A stretch of 64,000 bases of DNA, taken from assembly GCA_028534125.1 (NCBI GenBank), contig CM052817.1:62684001-62748000 (forward strand). Reading direction: 5' to 3'. The notes under the pieces are model-generated. The model had not been told where the DNA came from. It was given only the letters and a program-made list of their open reading frames with translations, and searched no databases. How positions within the stretch are numbered: the first letter of the stretch is position 1; each line of letters opens with the position of its first letter. Of the stretch, positions 24,065-37,838 are shown piece by piece. The position numbers and the translations under genes were made by a program. The stretch is from Lama glama. Its lineage: Eukaryota.

Positions 24065-25745
24065 ATAAAATTGGGAAAATTGGACTACTTTCTCACACCA
24101 TATACAAAAATAAAGTCAAAATGGATTAAGGACTTAAATATAAACTTGAAATGATAAAACTCCTAGAAGAAAACATAGGCAGTTTGTTCTTTGACATAAA
24201 TCTTGGAAATATTTTTTTGGATATGTCTCCTCAAGCAAGGGAAACAAAAGTAAAAATAAACAAACGGGACTAATATTAAACTAAAAAGCTTTTGAACAGC
24301 AAAGGAAACTATTGATAAAATGAAAAGGCTGCCTATTGAATGCCAGAAAGTATCTGCAAGTGATACATTTGATAAGGGGTTAATATCCAAAATATACAAA
24401 GAGCTTAAGTAACTCAACATCAAACAAACAAACAAAACAATGAAAAAATGAGCAGAGGACCTGAATAGACATTTCCAACAAAGACATACAGATGGCCAAC
24501 AGGTATATGAAAAGATGCTCAAAACTACTAATCATCAGGGAAATGCAAATCCAAACCACAATAAGATATCACTTCACACAACTCAGAATGGCTATCATCA
24601 AAATGACAACAAATAACAAGTGTTGGCAAAAATGTGGAAAAAAATCAAACCCTGTGCACCATTGGTAGGAATGTAAGGTGGAGCCACTATGGAAAATATT
24701 ATGGAGAGCCCTCAAAAAATTAAAAATAGAACTATTTTATGATCTAGTAATTCTACTCCTGGTATTTATCTGAAGAAAACAAGAACACTAAATTAAAAAA
24801 ATATATGCACCTCTATGTTCATTGCAGCATTATTTACAATAACCAACATATAGAAACAACCTAAGTGCCCATCCATAGATGAATGGATAAAGGAAATATG
24901 AGATATATATGATATATAGATATATCCATATATACATATGGAGTATTACTCAGCCATAAAAAGAATGAAATCTTACCATTCTTGACAACATGAATGGACC
25001 TAAAGGGTATTAAGTTAAGTGAAATAAATCAGAGAAAGACAAATACCATATAATTTCACTTATATGTGAACAAAACATAAAACAAATAAATAAACGTAAC
25101 AAAACAGAAACAGTATTACAAATGTAGAGAGGGATGCTGTGTAGGGAGATGAGAGAAATGGGTGAGGGAGATAAGAGGTACAAACTCCCAGTTACAAAAC
25201 AAATGAGTCATGGGCATGATATATACAATACAGTGTGAGAAATAGAGTCAATAATAATGTAATATCTTTGTATGGTGACAGATGTACTTATTGTGATGAT
25301 CATTTTGTAATGTATAGAAACACTGAATCACTATGTTGTACACCAAGAACTAACATAGTGTTGTAGGTCAACTATACTTCAAGAACAAACAAACTCAGAG
25401 AAAAGGAGACCAGATTTGTGGTTACTAGAGGTGGAGGGGCAATTTGGATGAAGGTGGTCAAAGGTACAAACTTTCAGGGATGTAATATACAATATGATTA
25501 ATATAATTAACCCTGCTGTATGTTACAGATAAAAGTTGTTAAGAGTAAGTACTAAGAGTTCTCATCACGAGGATAAAGATTTTTCTTTTTTTTTCTTTTT
25601 TTCTTTTGTATCTATATGAGATGACGAATGTTCACTGAACTTAACTGTGGTAGTTATTTCATGACATATGTAAGTCAACTCCCTATCCTGTTCACCTTAA
25701 GCTTACACAGTGCTGTATGTTAATTGTATCTCAATAAAGCAGAAT
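24065..25745 (+). mobile_element. 5'-truncated L1: ORF2 C-terminus (pseudogenised) plus bipartite 3' UTR
   Basis: tctcacaccatatacaaaaataaagtcaaaatggattaaggacttaaat...ctcctagaagaaaacatagg, and the cysteine-rich domain [19 protein letters not shown] at ~24618-24677. The 3' UTR has two related modules (each with ggtacaaact) and ends tgtatctcaataaa. Confidence 0.95.
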
Positions 25746-26139
25746 GCGAAAATGAATTTTTGGAAAGATGCTTGTGAAATAATAAAAGGTGAAACTACTA
25801 TGATGCTCTTAAGATATAGATTACTTCTTTTGTCAAAATGCAGGTAATTTAAAATTCTATTCCTAATACATATCCTAGAAGATGAGTTACAATTGTATTA
25901 ATAGTCATCTGATCTGCATCTATTATGGTAGCCTACTCTTGGAGCATTCCACTTTGCTATTTCTTTTCCATAATAACTGCTAGAAGATACATTTTTAAAA
26001 ACAACTGACAAAACAAGCAAGTTGATGATTGAACAAGTTGTCATTTCAACTATTGACGGTACTTTGTGATTCTGGCATGATGAAGAATCCTGCTATTTAT
26101 AAACTAGTCATTATCTCCACACTATAAATAAAGATACAG

Positions 26140-27000
26140 AATTCAGTTTAATACATGTTAATTGACTATGTTCCTAGCCCAAGATGCAGTGCCAGGAACT
26201 GAAGGAACATAGCTCGTGGCACAAGGGAACTCTGAATTTTGTTAGGGAGAGAAGTGTACAAAGCAGACGCTAATGCCAGGTAGTCTGTGATAAACAATAC
26301 AGATTTAAGGATGTTTGATATGGGACATCAGAGGAAGAAAGAATTATCTTTAACTGGGAAGAGCAGCTGACATCTTCCCATAAATTCTGCACCTCAAATA
26401 AAAATTGCACTTTGACAACTGAGAACAGTACATTTTGAGCACAAGATAAACTGAAGTCATCATCAATACCTGGTCATGTAGCCATATTCTGCAAATACAT
26501 AGCAATCTGGAGACACCAGGGCATGTGGTGCACAAAGGCACTGGGGAAGGTAGGGAGAAGGAAAAAAATAACAAGAAAAAGAGAAGAGTATATTCAAGTG
26601 AATTCTGAAAATTCTCTGTTTTTTCCTTTGTGTCTTTCTGCTTGGATTCTCAAACACAATTAAATTACTTTCTTCCATGGATCCAAATAGATTCTGAACA
26701 GAGAAAAGGTGATTGGTCCATTCATTCTCATTGAAAAAGAATGCAGTCACTAAAAGGGAGAATAGAGCTAAATATCTATGTTTAAAGTTTATTCAGCAAA
26801 CATTGGTTATTTAACATGAGCCAAACGGTGAGCTGAGTGCTAAGGGTACAATGGTTAGGAAGATAGAAATGATTCTCATCCATACAGAATGTATAGTTCA
26901 TTTGGGAAAACAGACATTAAATAACCATAGAAATATTTAATCATAAGTGATTATAATGCTCTGAAGGAAAATTAAGAGTATGATTAAAGGTGATTTCAGA
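26140..27000 (-). mobile_element. Two L2 3'-end fragments (~26140-26370 and ~26785-27000)
   Basis: attcagttta...attgactatgttcctagcc and ttattcagcaaacattggtta...gagtgctaagggtacaatggttaggaagatag. Confidence 0.55.
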
Positions 27001-28819
27001 TATTTTTGATTTATATCATAAGTCAAGTGGGTGTTTGCATTTCTCTCAATGGTAGATATGAATTTCTAGATTAAATTATCATTTGTATATCCAGGTTATC
27101 TTTCATAATGGTAATGTTCAAGAGTATGAGCTTTGAAGAATATATTTTGGTTAAAATTCTGGCTCAGCTAATTATTACCTAGTTACTTTTATCTGATCCT
27201 GTTTTTCTGTAGAAAAAATAATTGCCACTATATAAGGCTGTAAAAATTAGAATTAGCATATGTAAAGGTCCACAGATAGAATTTCTTATATTAATTAATA
27301 ATAAAAACCATCATCACCACCATGAAATTTCAAGATACCACAGACTATGATTCAGAAAACACATCTTTTATCTTGTATCAGTTAAAATAATTACAAGCTA
27401 ATAACAGATTGTTGACAATGTTAGCTTTTAAAGTTGGTATTTAATTAAACATGGTCTCTCCTACTCCATCCCCAACCCCTACAGTTAAAAACTGGTTGAT
27501 AAACAGAAGAGTGTACCTCTAAATATCAGTTGTATTTCTGGAAGTGCTGGAATGCAGAACATGACTAGAATCTAAAGCCAAATTAGTTCCCAACCATTAT
27601 CTGCACCCCACCCCCCTTGTCTAGACCTTGGGGTGATTCACCTGAGGGAAAGTTTGGGTCTGCAAAGTAGGTAAACACCACTACCTAAACAGGAATGAGA
27701 GTAATCATTCTATCTTATCTCTGAAGCCTGACAGGAGGAGCCCAGCGAGCAAGTGGCTGCAGATCTGCCTCTTAGATGTTAGCCTGACCAAGCTCTGCTC
27801 ATCAGGTAGAAGCAGACACAACATAGCAGAGGCACCAACTGTCCAGGGGTCATGCTGCTCTTAAAGGACAGAGTGAGACTGAGATGCTGTGTCCAGTTTC
27901 ACTCCCCAAGTCAGAAATATTACCATGCTACACATCTCCCAAGAGGCACGATGACAGGCAAATAGAGTTGTGGCAAAGTTCCATCAAGTGCAGCAATAAT
28001 AAGGGCAACTGAGACCAGGGATAAGTGGAATTACCTGGGAAGAAAGGTGAATACGACGGAGGACACCAAGGACAGACTTTATCCACTTTACCCTTTGGCC
28101 TAACACTACCCTTCACTGTGTTACTCTAAAATCAGTTGGCTTACCACCTCTGGCTAATGACCTGTTCATCTCCAGTCTACGTCAAGGGCTTGCTTTTCTT
28201 ATTAAGCACACTCACACCATGTTCCACTCGACCTACGAGGTTATGTCTATTTGTAAAATCATTCCCTAGGACTGTGATAGATTTATGTCATGCATTTGAA
28301 AAATTTTGAAGATCGTTTTCTTAGTACAAAGATTTCAGAAATAAATAAATCATAATTAATGACAATTCTACACTTCTAGTTTAGTATTTTGATCTCTTGA
28401 CATCTATGTATAGGAAGACAGCTCTCAATGAGTACAGAAACTATTCATTTTTATTTTATTTGAATATTCACATATTCAAATAGATACCTTTGCTCTTATT
28501 TAATTGGAAATAGACATGCTTAGGGGAGGCAAATTGAGTAAAAAGAGAGAAAGTGTATGTGTGAAAGGAAGATAGATATCAAATAGGTACATTAGTTATG
28601 GATAGAACTGTTGCATGACAGACATTACAAAAGTAGAAAGTATTGCTTTTAAATCTTTTTTTTCAGGATGAGGAACCTGTGACCCAGAGAAAAGCAGTAG
28701 CATAGATGCTGGAAAGCCTCACCCTCAGTCCTGAGCCTAATCCTTGTGATCACACACATTCCCACCTGTCCGTCACCCACCGTGTCCCACTATTCCTGTC
28801 CCAGGGCTTGAGACCACCT

Positions 28820-29062
28820 TGCTTAGAATTCCTCCTTTAAATTAGCGCATGGAAATACCCTGTGAGAATCCAAATGCTGAAATGCAAATAATGCTCCAGA
28901 ATGATTTTATCAAATTATGTACCTATATTCTCTGAGGAATGAATTTAGGAGAGAGTGGGTCTCAAGTACATCCCAGTGGTGATAAGAGGGATGGACAGAC
29001 TCAGGCACAAGGCATGTCATTTCAGCTTCTGTCCTGGAACGGAAAGGTCTGAGAACCACTGA
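28820..29062. mobile_element. MER5-type hAT-Charlie MITE remnant
   Basis: aaatgcaaataatgctccag internally and terminal aggtctgagaaccactg matching the Charlie-type TIR. Confidence 0.45.
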
Positions 29063-31109
29063 GCTGTATGTGGTTATGGAGACGATATGAAGAAATCCAA
29101 ATACTTAACAATTTCATTATAAAACCAGGCGCACTCAGATTTAACACTTAATGTTTAGAGTCTGAACTGTGCAGTCTTGATCCTGTAATTTACCATGTAC
29201 ATCTAGCCTTTCCAACTAGCTTAGCAAGTGCACCTGGAGTAAGAGCTGGTGCCTGTAAATGTACTTGGTCTCTTCAAAGACTTCAGAACTTAAGGAAGAA
29301 AGGAAAGACCTGTTTTCTTTAATAATTTCAGATTTCTGTTTTATGATATAATCCCTGAGTCAAGGAAGTACCAGGTTGAGCAAAGAATAAAAGAAAAAAG
29401 CTCTGGAGACCATATCCAAAGTTTTTACCTGCATCATGTAGACTTCACGTCCCACCTTGCTGTTATTTCTTGCTTTCCACGCTATTTATGTATTTAATCT
29501 AAATTTTATCTTTACAAATATGATAGTGGAAGAAAAGAAAAACACAATACAACCTTCACTATGGCATTCTGCAGTGTGAACAGCCATCTGTGAAATCTAT
29601 TTTTGTTTTTGCAATTCACAAAGAAGTTAGCCTGCACTTCTGACTAGGGGCCTTTGAGGTCTCAGGGACTGTTGACTGTCTTCCTTTTAACTGGACTAAC
29701 TTGAAGCAGGCTGCTAGCACTGTCAAACCCCTTTTCTACCAGAGGGTGGTATGTGTGTGTTAGTGTGTTAATTCCAACTGTATGGTTTTGACATATCAAG
29801 GCAACAGAATACTTCACCATAAACCTTTGCTTCATTTTTACCTCAATGAATAGCTGTTTCTCCCTTGTGGGCAACAATTTCCTTTTCCCCTCCCATCTCC
29901 CAAGAAGCCAGCTGATTTAATCAGGCTCCTCTGGTCTGTCTGGACTTGGTGAGCCCCACAACCAGCAAAAGGAACTAAACATCGCTAGGGTGAGTAGGAT
30001 ATAATCTATAATAGGGGCTCCCTTCATTATGAAACATCTCCTACTCAGCATTTATATTAATGCATAATTAAACAGCTGTCTCTTTAAAGCCTTTACTTGT
30101 ATCAAAGCTGTATCTCCAGAACATCTCATTTTCCCCGAGAGAGAGTGAGAGAGTCCCTACAGTATTCGCTTTTTAATGTAACTATTAAAAATGCAACACA
30201 GGAATTGAAAATGTGGCTAAATCGTTTAGTGACCTCTTTTGACATTTTCATTACATCTCCTATTACTAGAATCAAAATGAGAATAAGATTATTTCAGAAA
30301 TTTAAAAGATACCCTCCATGGCAGTCTAGGCATTGTGACATGCAGTGTAGAATTCCATATTATTGAATTTATTGTATTTAAAAAAAAACAGGAATAGAAT
30401 ACAGGCAACGTGGCATTTCTCTTCCCTGTAAGACCTCTCTCTTGAGTTTATTCGGGAACAGGCTTCTCACCAGTAGCTATGGGAGCTGAGTACCCTCTGC
30501 TGAGGGTGTTATAGACAGGATTCAAGCATGAAGTGGGAGGCTAGACTTTTTACATTAAGGCCCCTTTTAATTCTAATATTCTATGATTTACCTGTGGTTA
30601 CACAACTAGCAGGCAGCATTTTAGAGGGAGTTTCCCTCTTTGATCTGTCCTTTGGAAGCAGATGAATAACGGAACGAGTGTAAAGCAAGAACTTTGAAAA
30701 CGTTCTGCCTCATCTACCACCAGGCAGACGCTGCGAGAGGGCCACTGTTGTGGCCACGAGCCTCTAGCATTAGTGGCCAACAGCCAAACAGCAACTGTTC
30801 ACAGAACTTGTATTTTGCACCAGACACATGTTTTATCTGCATCATCTAAATTAAATCTCACAATAATCTGAGGGTTTTAATACTATTAGTATCCCTTTTG
30901 ACAAAAACCTCAGGATACTCAGTCCTCTTTCTTGCTAAGGCCAGGGGCCGATGTAAAGGCTGTCGGGCTGGTAGGGGGTGTGCAGTGTCAGCCAAAGAAC
31001 TGACTTCTCCATGGCGCCCGTGTGGAGGAGAAGCGGGTTACACCCTCTTGCTCTGTGGGCACGGGCAGGGGCCAGCAGTCTGTGTTCAGATGATGAAGCA
31101 TTCCGTCAT

Positions 31110-31340
31110 TTCTACTTTCATTCATTCACGTATTCATCCATTCACCAATATTTATTCAATGTTTCAAGTGCTAAGCCTTGTGCTGGTTGATAGAGACAAC
31201 CGAAAGGATAAGACAGGCACGGACTGTGCCTGGTCAAGGCTAAGAAGCAAATGCGAGGCTGAGATCTAGCCTGGATTAATGGTGGGGAGTTGGGGTGCTG
31301 CGAGGAGGGAGTGGCTTTGGAAAGCCTAGTCGGGGACCAT
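31110..31340 (-). mobile_element. L2 3' end
   Basis: ttcattcattcacgtattcatccattcaccaatatttattcaatgtttcaagtgctaagccttgtgctgg. Confidence 0.75.
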
Positions 31341-32099
31341 CTCATAATAAACATTACATTTTTTGTCAGGAACTTCTAGGAGTAATTTATCAAATAACTT
31401 GACGCCAGAAACACAGTCCTTGATACTGTGGGGAAAATCTAATCCTCTTATGATGTGACTCCACGGCCTTGCTAAGGCTCAGCTTTCGCCAGACATCATG
31501 GTTGCTTAGGGAGTGGCTGAGAAGATACCTTTAGCCCACTGGGCTACTTCTCTTCTCCATGTGTCAGTTTTGTAATGAAGCTGTCAGCCAAGGTGATTTA
31601 TCTTTGTATCATGTGGTCTTTTAAGAATTTCTTTCTTGGATAATTGAATGTCACTCATCCAGGGAAGCTCCTACTTCCTGCGTTAGGATGTCAGGGGACG
31701 CGTGGCAACACAAGCCGCACGGCCACATGTGGCAGGGCACCATACATTACCGGAGTGGCTCTGCACGGCTGATTATCTCGCGGGGAGAAGCGGAGCAGCC
31801 TACCAGCTGGAGACCCCAGAGGACTGCAGCGTGTGCAGAAAACTCTAGTTCACTAACTGTAAATGTGAAATTATAAAGGTAAATGTCGAGGCCTGCCTGA
31901 CGAGTTATTTTTGCACTATCCATGCTGCCTTGACATGCCTTCACCTCAACAGACGACAGATGGAACTCTGAAAGGAAGAAAGACCCTGCATTTGTATCAC
32001 TGCACTGAAGACTCCTTCTTCTTGCTATACTTTGGTGTGTCCCGATATCTGAAGCACTCTTGCGATATTAACTTTAGGTGATGCACTTAAATCAGCATT

Positions 32100-32250
32100 T
32101 TATTTACTAGAAAAGTTCTGGAAGGAGCGTGAGTTAACAGTGACAGTCTCTGGATGGTGGGATGATGATGGATTTTAATGTTCTTTTTTTGTTTATCTGT
32201 AGTTTTAACTTTTTATAAATATATATGAGTTACTTTTGAAACAAACACGA
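32100..32250 (+). mobile_element. Old L1 (L1MC/ME) 3' end
   Basis: gttaacagtgacagtctctggatggtgggatgatg...ttttttgtttatctgtagttttaactttttataaatatatatgagttactttt. Confidence 0.65.
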
Positions 32251-32983
32251 TTAGTTCAAATGTTTTAAGATTTAATATTTGTGATCCAATAAATTGAGAA
32301 AAAAAAAGTATGTTATCAAAATAAGATAAATAACCAGTATCACAAATTCCCAAATGTTGGGGTCAATAGTCTAACTATGGAATATGATATTATGTAATAT
32401 TAACTAGTTACATTTTTCATATGTCTTTAGACCATAAGTTAGAAAAAGTGGAATGCTGTATTAAAAGTAGCAGAAACTGATTTTTTAAAAATCTTACAGT
32501 TCTAAGAAATGCATTTTCTCCCCGTTTTGGCATTTCCTTTTGTAAAATACCTCTCGGCTTATTAACATATTCAAGTTTTTTTTTTTTCTTTTTCAAGGAA
32601 TAAATTTGGTATGCAAGTTCTGGGGTGTCTATTCATTAACAGCCCCCTGCTGTTCACATTTTATTAATGAAACAACCCATCACCCCCCTACCAGCAGACA
32701 CTTAATTCCTTCCCAGAATCCATCTGCTTTTTATGGGCTTCAGAAGCCAAATTCCTTTGCAAAATCAGCTCTAACAAAGACTTAATTCCACAGGTCAGTT
32801 AAATACCAGAATATTGTTAGCTGTTTCCCAATATCAGAAGCTCTGACAGTGTGTTTTTGCTGTGATTATTACTCACACGATTGGGGGATGGGTGATTAGG
32901 GGACCCAGGGGCTCCTTGTACAATTTGCCAGTCAAGTTTTCAATACCGATCCAGCAAGTCTGACTGCTTTCATCTATTTTCTG

Positions 32984-33071
32984 TCCTTCCTTCTTTCTCT
33001 CTTTTCTTCCTCCCTCCTTCCCTTTCTCCCTTCATTTCCTTTTCCCCTCTTTTCCTTCCTTCCTTTCTCTT
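32984..33071. repeat. Polypyrimidine low-complexity (TTCC/CTTT) tract
   Basis: 88 nt with a single purine. Confidence 0.95.
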
Positions 33072-33499
33072 AGTGATAAACACAACAAACATCTTATTGG
33101 CCCATTTATAATTTACTTGTATTAATATCAGCCAGTTCTTATCAATCAAAGTTAATCCAAGGAATTAAGGAGGAACACTTATAGAGAAGTAACACTACAT
33201 GAAATGGAGTGTTGCTGTGTTATTACTTTTAAGAATCTAGGATTCTGAGAAAATTTAAACCTGTACTGAGATGAAGTTCAAATGCATTTTAAACTTGTAA
33301 AGTCCTTGGTGTTGTGTTATATATACATACATATATATCAGCTTTTTCAAAATGTGTTAATATCAAAGTATTATAAACACAGTTTAGCTTCTGCTCCCTC
33401 ATTGTTTTTCCTACATTTTTATGTGTGACACGTTGCATTTACTATCTAGCAAATGAAAAAACAAACAAAAAAACGCTAAAATATCAATCTAGCTTAGTC

Positions 33500-34822
33500 C
33501 TGGAACCATTTTTCTCTCTCCACAGTTACTGCTTTGGTTATTTCATCTAGTCTCACGGTTTTAGATACTAACTGTACGTGAATCCACCCCAGATTTATGT
33601 CTCCAACATGGAACTCTTCTCTGAACTCCAGACTCATAAATATAATTGCCAGATTGACATCTCCATTTAGATGCCAAATACACATCAAATTTAACATGTA
33701 CAAAGCTGTCTCCATCCATATCTTCTACTACAGCCCTGCTTTCTCAATTAATGGTAACTGTAACTTTCTGGTTATTCAGGACAATATTCTTGATGTCATC
33801 CTGGTTTTCTGTCTTGTTTTTACATCCCATACCTAACCACCAAAAAACTCTGTTGGCCAGACTCAAAATATATCAAGAATCTAGTTACTCTTCATTACCT
33901 CCAACATTTTTATCTGATTCAAGGAACAATAATCTTTCACTACCATTATTGCAAAACTTTGGACTGGGTTCCCCACTGGTAGTCCTGTCTTCCTGCTGTT
34001 TATGATCTATTCTCAACAGAGTAGCCAGTTATCCTCTTAAATCAGACTCAACATGTTCTTTCTGTGCAAATCTCTCTCCTGGTTCCATGTCTCCCACAGG
34101 GTAAAAGTATAATGTGTATGTGATCTAGTGCCCCACTGCCTCTCAGACCTCACTCCTATTACCCTTCCTTTGTCTTACATCAGCCATGCTGGACTCCACA
34201 CTGTTTTACAATTTAGGCCCATCTCTTATCTATGCCTAAAATACATTTCCTTCAAATATCTCCATGGCTTGCTCTGACCTTCTTCGTGTCTTTGTTCAAA
34301 GAAGAGAGGCAGAAAGGCATAAAGGCAAAGAGTGTGGAGCTGAGAGCCAGGCTTACCTGTGTTTCAGGCATGGCTCTGCCACTTTCCAGTTTTGTGGACC
34401 TTGGGCAAGTGGCTAACCTTTCTGTCCCTTCATTTCATTTTCTATACTATGGGGCTAATAATAGTGCCTCCTTCATTGACTTGTCATGAGGGAAAAATGA
34501 GTTACTATTTGAAAAGCACTTAGCCTGAAAGACAGTGTTAAGCAAGTGTTTGTGTAAACAATTCAAAATGTCATTTTCTTAATGGGTTTTCCCTGACCTT
34601 CTATTGAAAATTTTAAGCCATCTCTCACCCACCATTCTACAACTCTCTTTCCTTTTGTTTCTCTCCTCTTTTGTACTTACTTCTAATAATTTACTTATTT
34701 ACTTTCTTTAATACCTGTGGCTCTTAATAGGCTGTAAGTGCCACAAAAACAGTGATATTTTACTGTTAATTAACTAAACCGGTGTCTGGAATACAGTAGA
34801 TACTCAATAACTGTTTGTTGAA
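33500..34822 (+). mobile_element. L2 LINE 3' region with nested MIR (~34308-34555)
   Basis: ctcttctctgaactccagactcata...gacatctccatttagatg...tctattctcaacagagtagccag...ggtgtctggaatacagtagatactcaataactgtttgttgaa. Nested MIR core: gaccttgggcaagtggctaacctttctgtcccttcatttc. Confidence 0.9.
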
Positions 34823-35939
34823 AAAAATATGAAATTAGTGATAATGTTATATTTAAATGAAACTTGAAAATCAATTAAAACCCTTAGATGCATGAATCCT
34901 GCATAGGAATCTTAAACACTTTGGATCCTGAGAGTCCTTTAGGATACAATATGGTGTTATGTGAAATACAGCCACTTATATTGTTTGGGTTTTTATCCTA
35001 TAAGAACAGGGTCATTGGCTCTCTCTCCAGAGTGACATTTTGGGTGATGTCACCTTAACTATGAAATCCTGCTTGAGATAAATTGGCAATATAACTTGTA
35101 GGCAGAGAAGTCAGATTAATGCTATTTGGCTGCATTCTAAATGTCATTGTTTTTATTTCAAAAGGCCAGGAAATAACATTTTAAATATTTGTAGCACCAT
35201 TATTCAGCATCAGTGCATTCAACAAAAAAGGCAGAATCTGAGATATCTCTGTTCGATTTTCATTATTTTAGAAAGAGAGGCTTTATAGAGACGAAATACT
35301 TCTTGGCACATAGTAGGCATTTGTTTAAAATAGCTAGTGAAAGGACACATGTTGATTAAATCTTGCGACTTTACGAAAGCCCACTCTTCCCCACAAGAGA
35401 AAGGGAGATCAACATGATTCTTCAGCATTGTGAGGGTAAGATAAATAAATAAAGTTTAAATACTGTAAATATATAAATACATATATAATTATTATTACCT
35501 TTTCATGTCTCCCTGAAAATGGATTAATAATTACCAACACTTCAGATTGTGAATAATTAATAATAAATTAGTAACATTAATTTCCTCTCTATCAAAACTC
35601 ACGTAGATAATGAGCTTGATTCTAAATAATGGAAGTAAGTTTTTCCTAAGTTTAATTTATTTTCAATATTTTGTTGACATGGGTGGTGGGTTGGAAATGA
35701 AACATTTTGAATCATTCAAGACAGCACAGTAGGAATTGGTAGCATCTCTTCTAGAAAACTTGTTTAATAAATATTTATATCTGATGCGTTTCAAAGAGCA
35801 TCTCCTGAAGATGTCTTCTGGGGTATAGCAAGCACAGGAACAGTGGTCCAAGAAATATGTAAGATTATATCATGACTGCTGGTAATGAACTTGACAAACC
35901 ATTGGACTCTTATGCCCGGAAATAGCATAAACTGAGACG

Positions 35940-36590
35940 TGTTTTATATGGTCATTGTGTGAAGACTGGGTTTCAGGGTGCAGGGCAGAAGCAAGAAGAA
36001 GTTATAAATATGATCTTAAAACAAGGTGATGGTGTCTTGGATCAGAATTATAAAGTGGAAGAAAATGAGAAGATTCTAAATATTTATCAAAGGACTTGCT
36101 GATGACCTGAATGTTTTGAGTGAAGGAAAGGAAGAAATCAAGAATGACTTTGGGGATTTTAATTGAGTAACTGGATATGTGATCTGCCATTTACTGTGCT
36201 GGAGAAGACTAATGAGGAGACAGTCTGGAGACAGAGGGAGGAATCAGGACTTTATTTCCAGATACGTCCTATGTCAGCAGACTAGTATATATCAACATGG
36301 AGATATAAATTACGTAGTTAAATAAAAAGTTTGGAGTTTTGGAGAGCATTAGAGGACTTACAGAAATTCTTGTCTTGAGGACTTGGGTCATATTTAAAGC
36401 TATGACCTTGGACGGATCAGCCATGGAGGGGGTGGGGAGACAAAAGAGAAAAGCCCTGAGCTCTGCAATGTTTAGCAACTGGAAGATAATGAAATCTTGG
36501 CCAATATGCTATAAGAAAAGTCAGGAGGTGGAGATGACAACTGTATAAAATAGTGTTAAGAAGCTGAGAAAGATGAAGATAGAGAGGTGG
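35940..36590 (-). mobile_element. L2 LINE fragment
   Basis: gaaggaaaggaagaaatcaagaatgactttggggattttaattgagtaactgga...ctgccatttactgtgctggagaagac. Confidence 0.85.
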
Positions 36591-37099
36591 GACAGTAGAT
36601 CGCAGATGGAAGGTTTTTTAGTTCAAAATGACACACTGAGTAAATAATGTTGTACCTCTCATTCCTGATAATTGATATTATAGGAAAATAATTTTAAATG
36701 ACATATGTCTTCAAAAATCCAGGAAGAATGAAAGCACCATCAGTGGAAAAGAAAATTCAGTTAAATTTTGGACATTTATTAGCTAATGAAAGCACATTTG
36801 CTAATGATGCAGAATAGCAGAGCTACAACCTGGATGAAATAAGGGGCCTGCAGCAGGAGAAAGAGATGGGTGGCCTGACAAGATGAGTGAAGAGAATTGG
36901 ATACGAGAGCACAGATGTGGTGGAGGGTGGGGCAGAGAAGTAAGACAACAAATAAATGTACTAAGAGACATACTGAAGAGCAGATTACTCTGCCTCCCTC
37001 CCTGATTCAAAATTTGGTAGACCTAATGTTATTTTTACTTTTCCAAGATAGGAGTAAGGAAATGGAAGTATAAAGAGTGGGTGACATGGTGCACAAGAG

Positions 37100-37257
37100 C
37101 AGTGCTCCTCACACTTCAAACCCATGAAAGCCACCTTTGTGCAAAATGCAGATTCTGATTCAGTAGGTCTGTTACGTAGTAGGAAATTCTGCATTTCTAA
37201 TAGGATTCCAGGTGACGCTGATGCTATGGTCCAAACCACACCTTCTGAGTACCAAGG
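37100..37257. mobile_element. MER5A hAT-Charlie MITE
   Basis: aaatgcagattctgattcagtaggtctg...ttctgcatttctaataggattccaggtgacgctgatgct...ggtccaaaccacac. Confidence 0.9.
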
Positions 37258-37838
37258 CCTAGAAGTTAGTGGTTAAAATAGAAATGTAAACCACATGTTT
37301 TTAAGTCAGCAATCCTGAAAAGAGTTTTAAAAAAAAGAGAGAGAAGGCACCCCAATGTTGAACCACTGCAGAACTTTGAGCAGTGGGTCGGCACTTTGGA
37401 ATTGCTTGATAAACTATTGAAAATAGCTGTGGGAATGTCAGAAGTAGAATAAGCCAATCAAAACAATGATTGGTGACATCATTTGTAGAGTCAGGAAGAC
37501 ATGGGAAAATGGTGCTCATCAGAAGAGCTTCAGTGTAAATGAAGCTCTCATTTCTTTTAAATAAAGGTTTTTTTTCTGACATCACTTGGGAATGTTCTCA
37601 GGTATTTACCTTGAGTTACCAACATTCTAATTACTTCTTCCAACTGGGATGTGGAAATAAATGTGCTTGTAATATATAGGAAATCTGTTAAAATGACTTT
37701 GGCTGGATGAATAGGTCATGTTTTTCAATGATGGAAAAAAGTAAGGGCAATAACAATAAATGTGGGACCACAAATTAGTAGAAATCTTTGAGCCCCTGAG
37801 CTATTTCTTACAGGTAATTTTAAAGTAAAAATGAATAA

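Noticed and set aside
24163..24522. 119-aa hydrophobic minus-strand ORF
   Set aside because: Antisense reading of L1 ORF2, a common spurious membrane-protein-like translation.
32984..33073. Long polypyrimidine tract ending in AG as a splice acceptor
   Set aside because: Simple-repeat-like composition and no downstream exon or donor evident.
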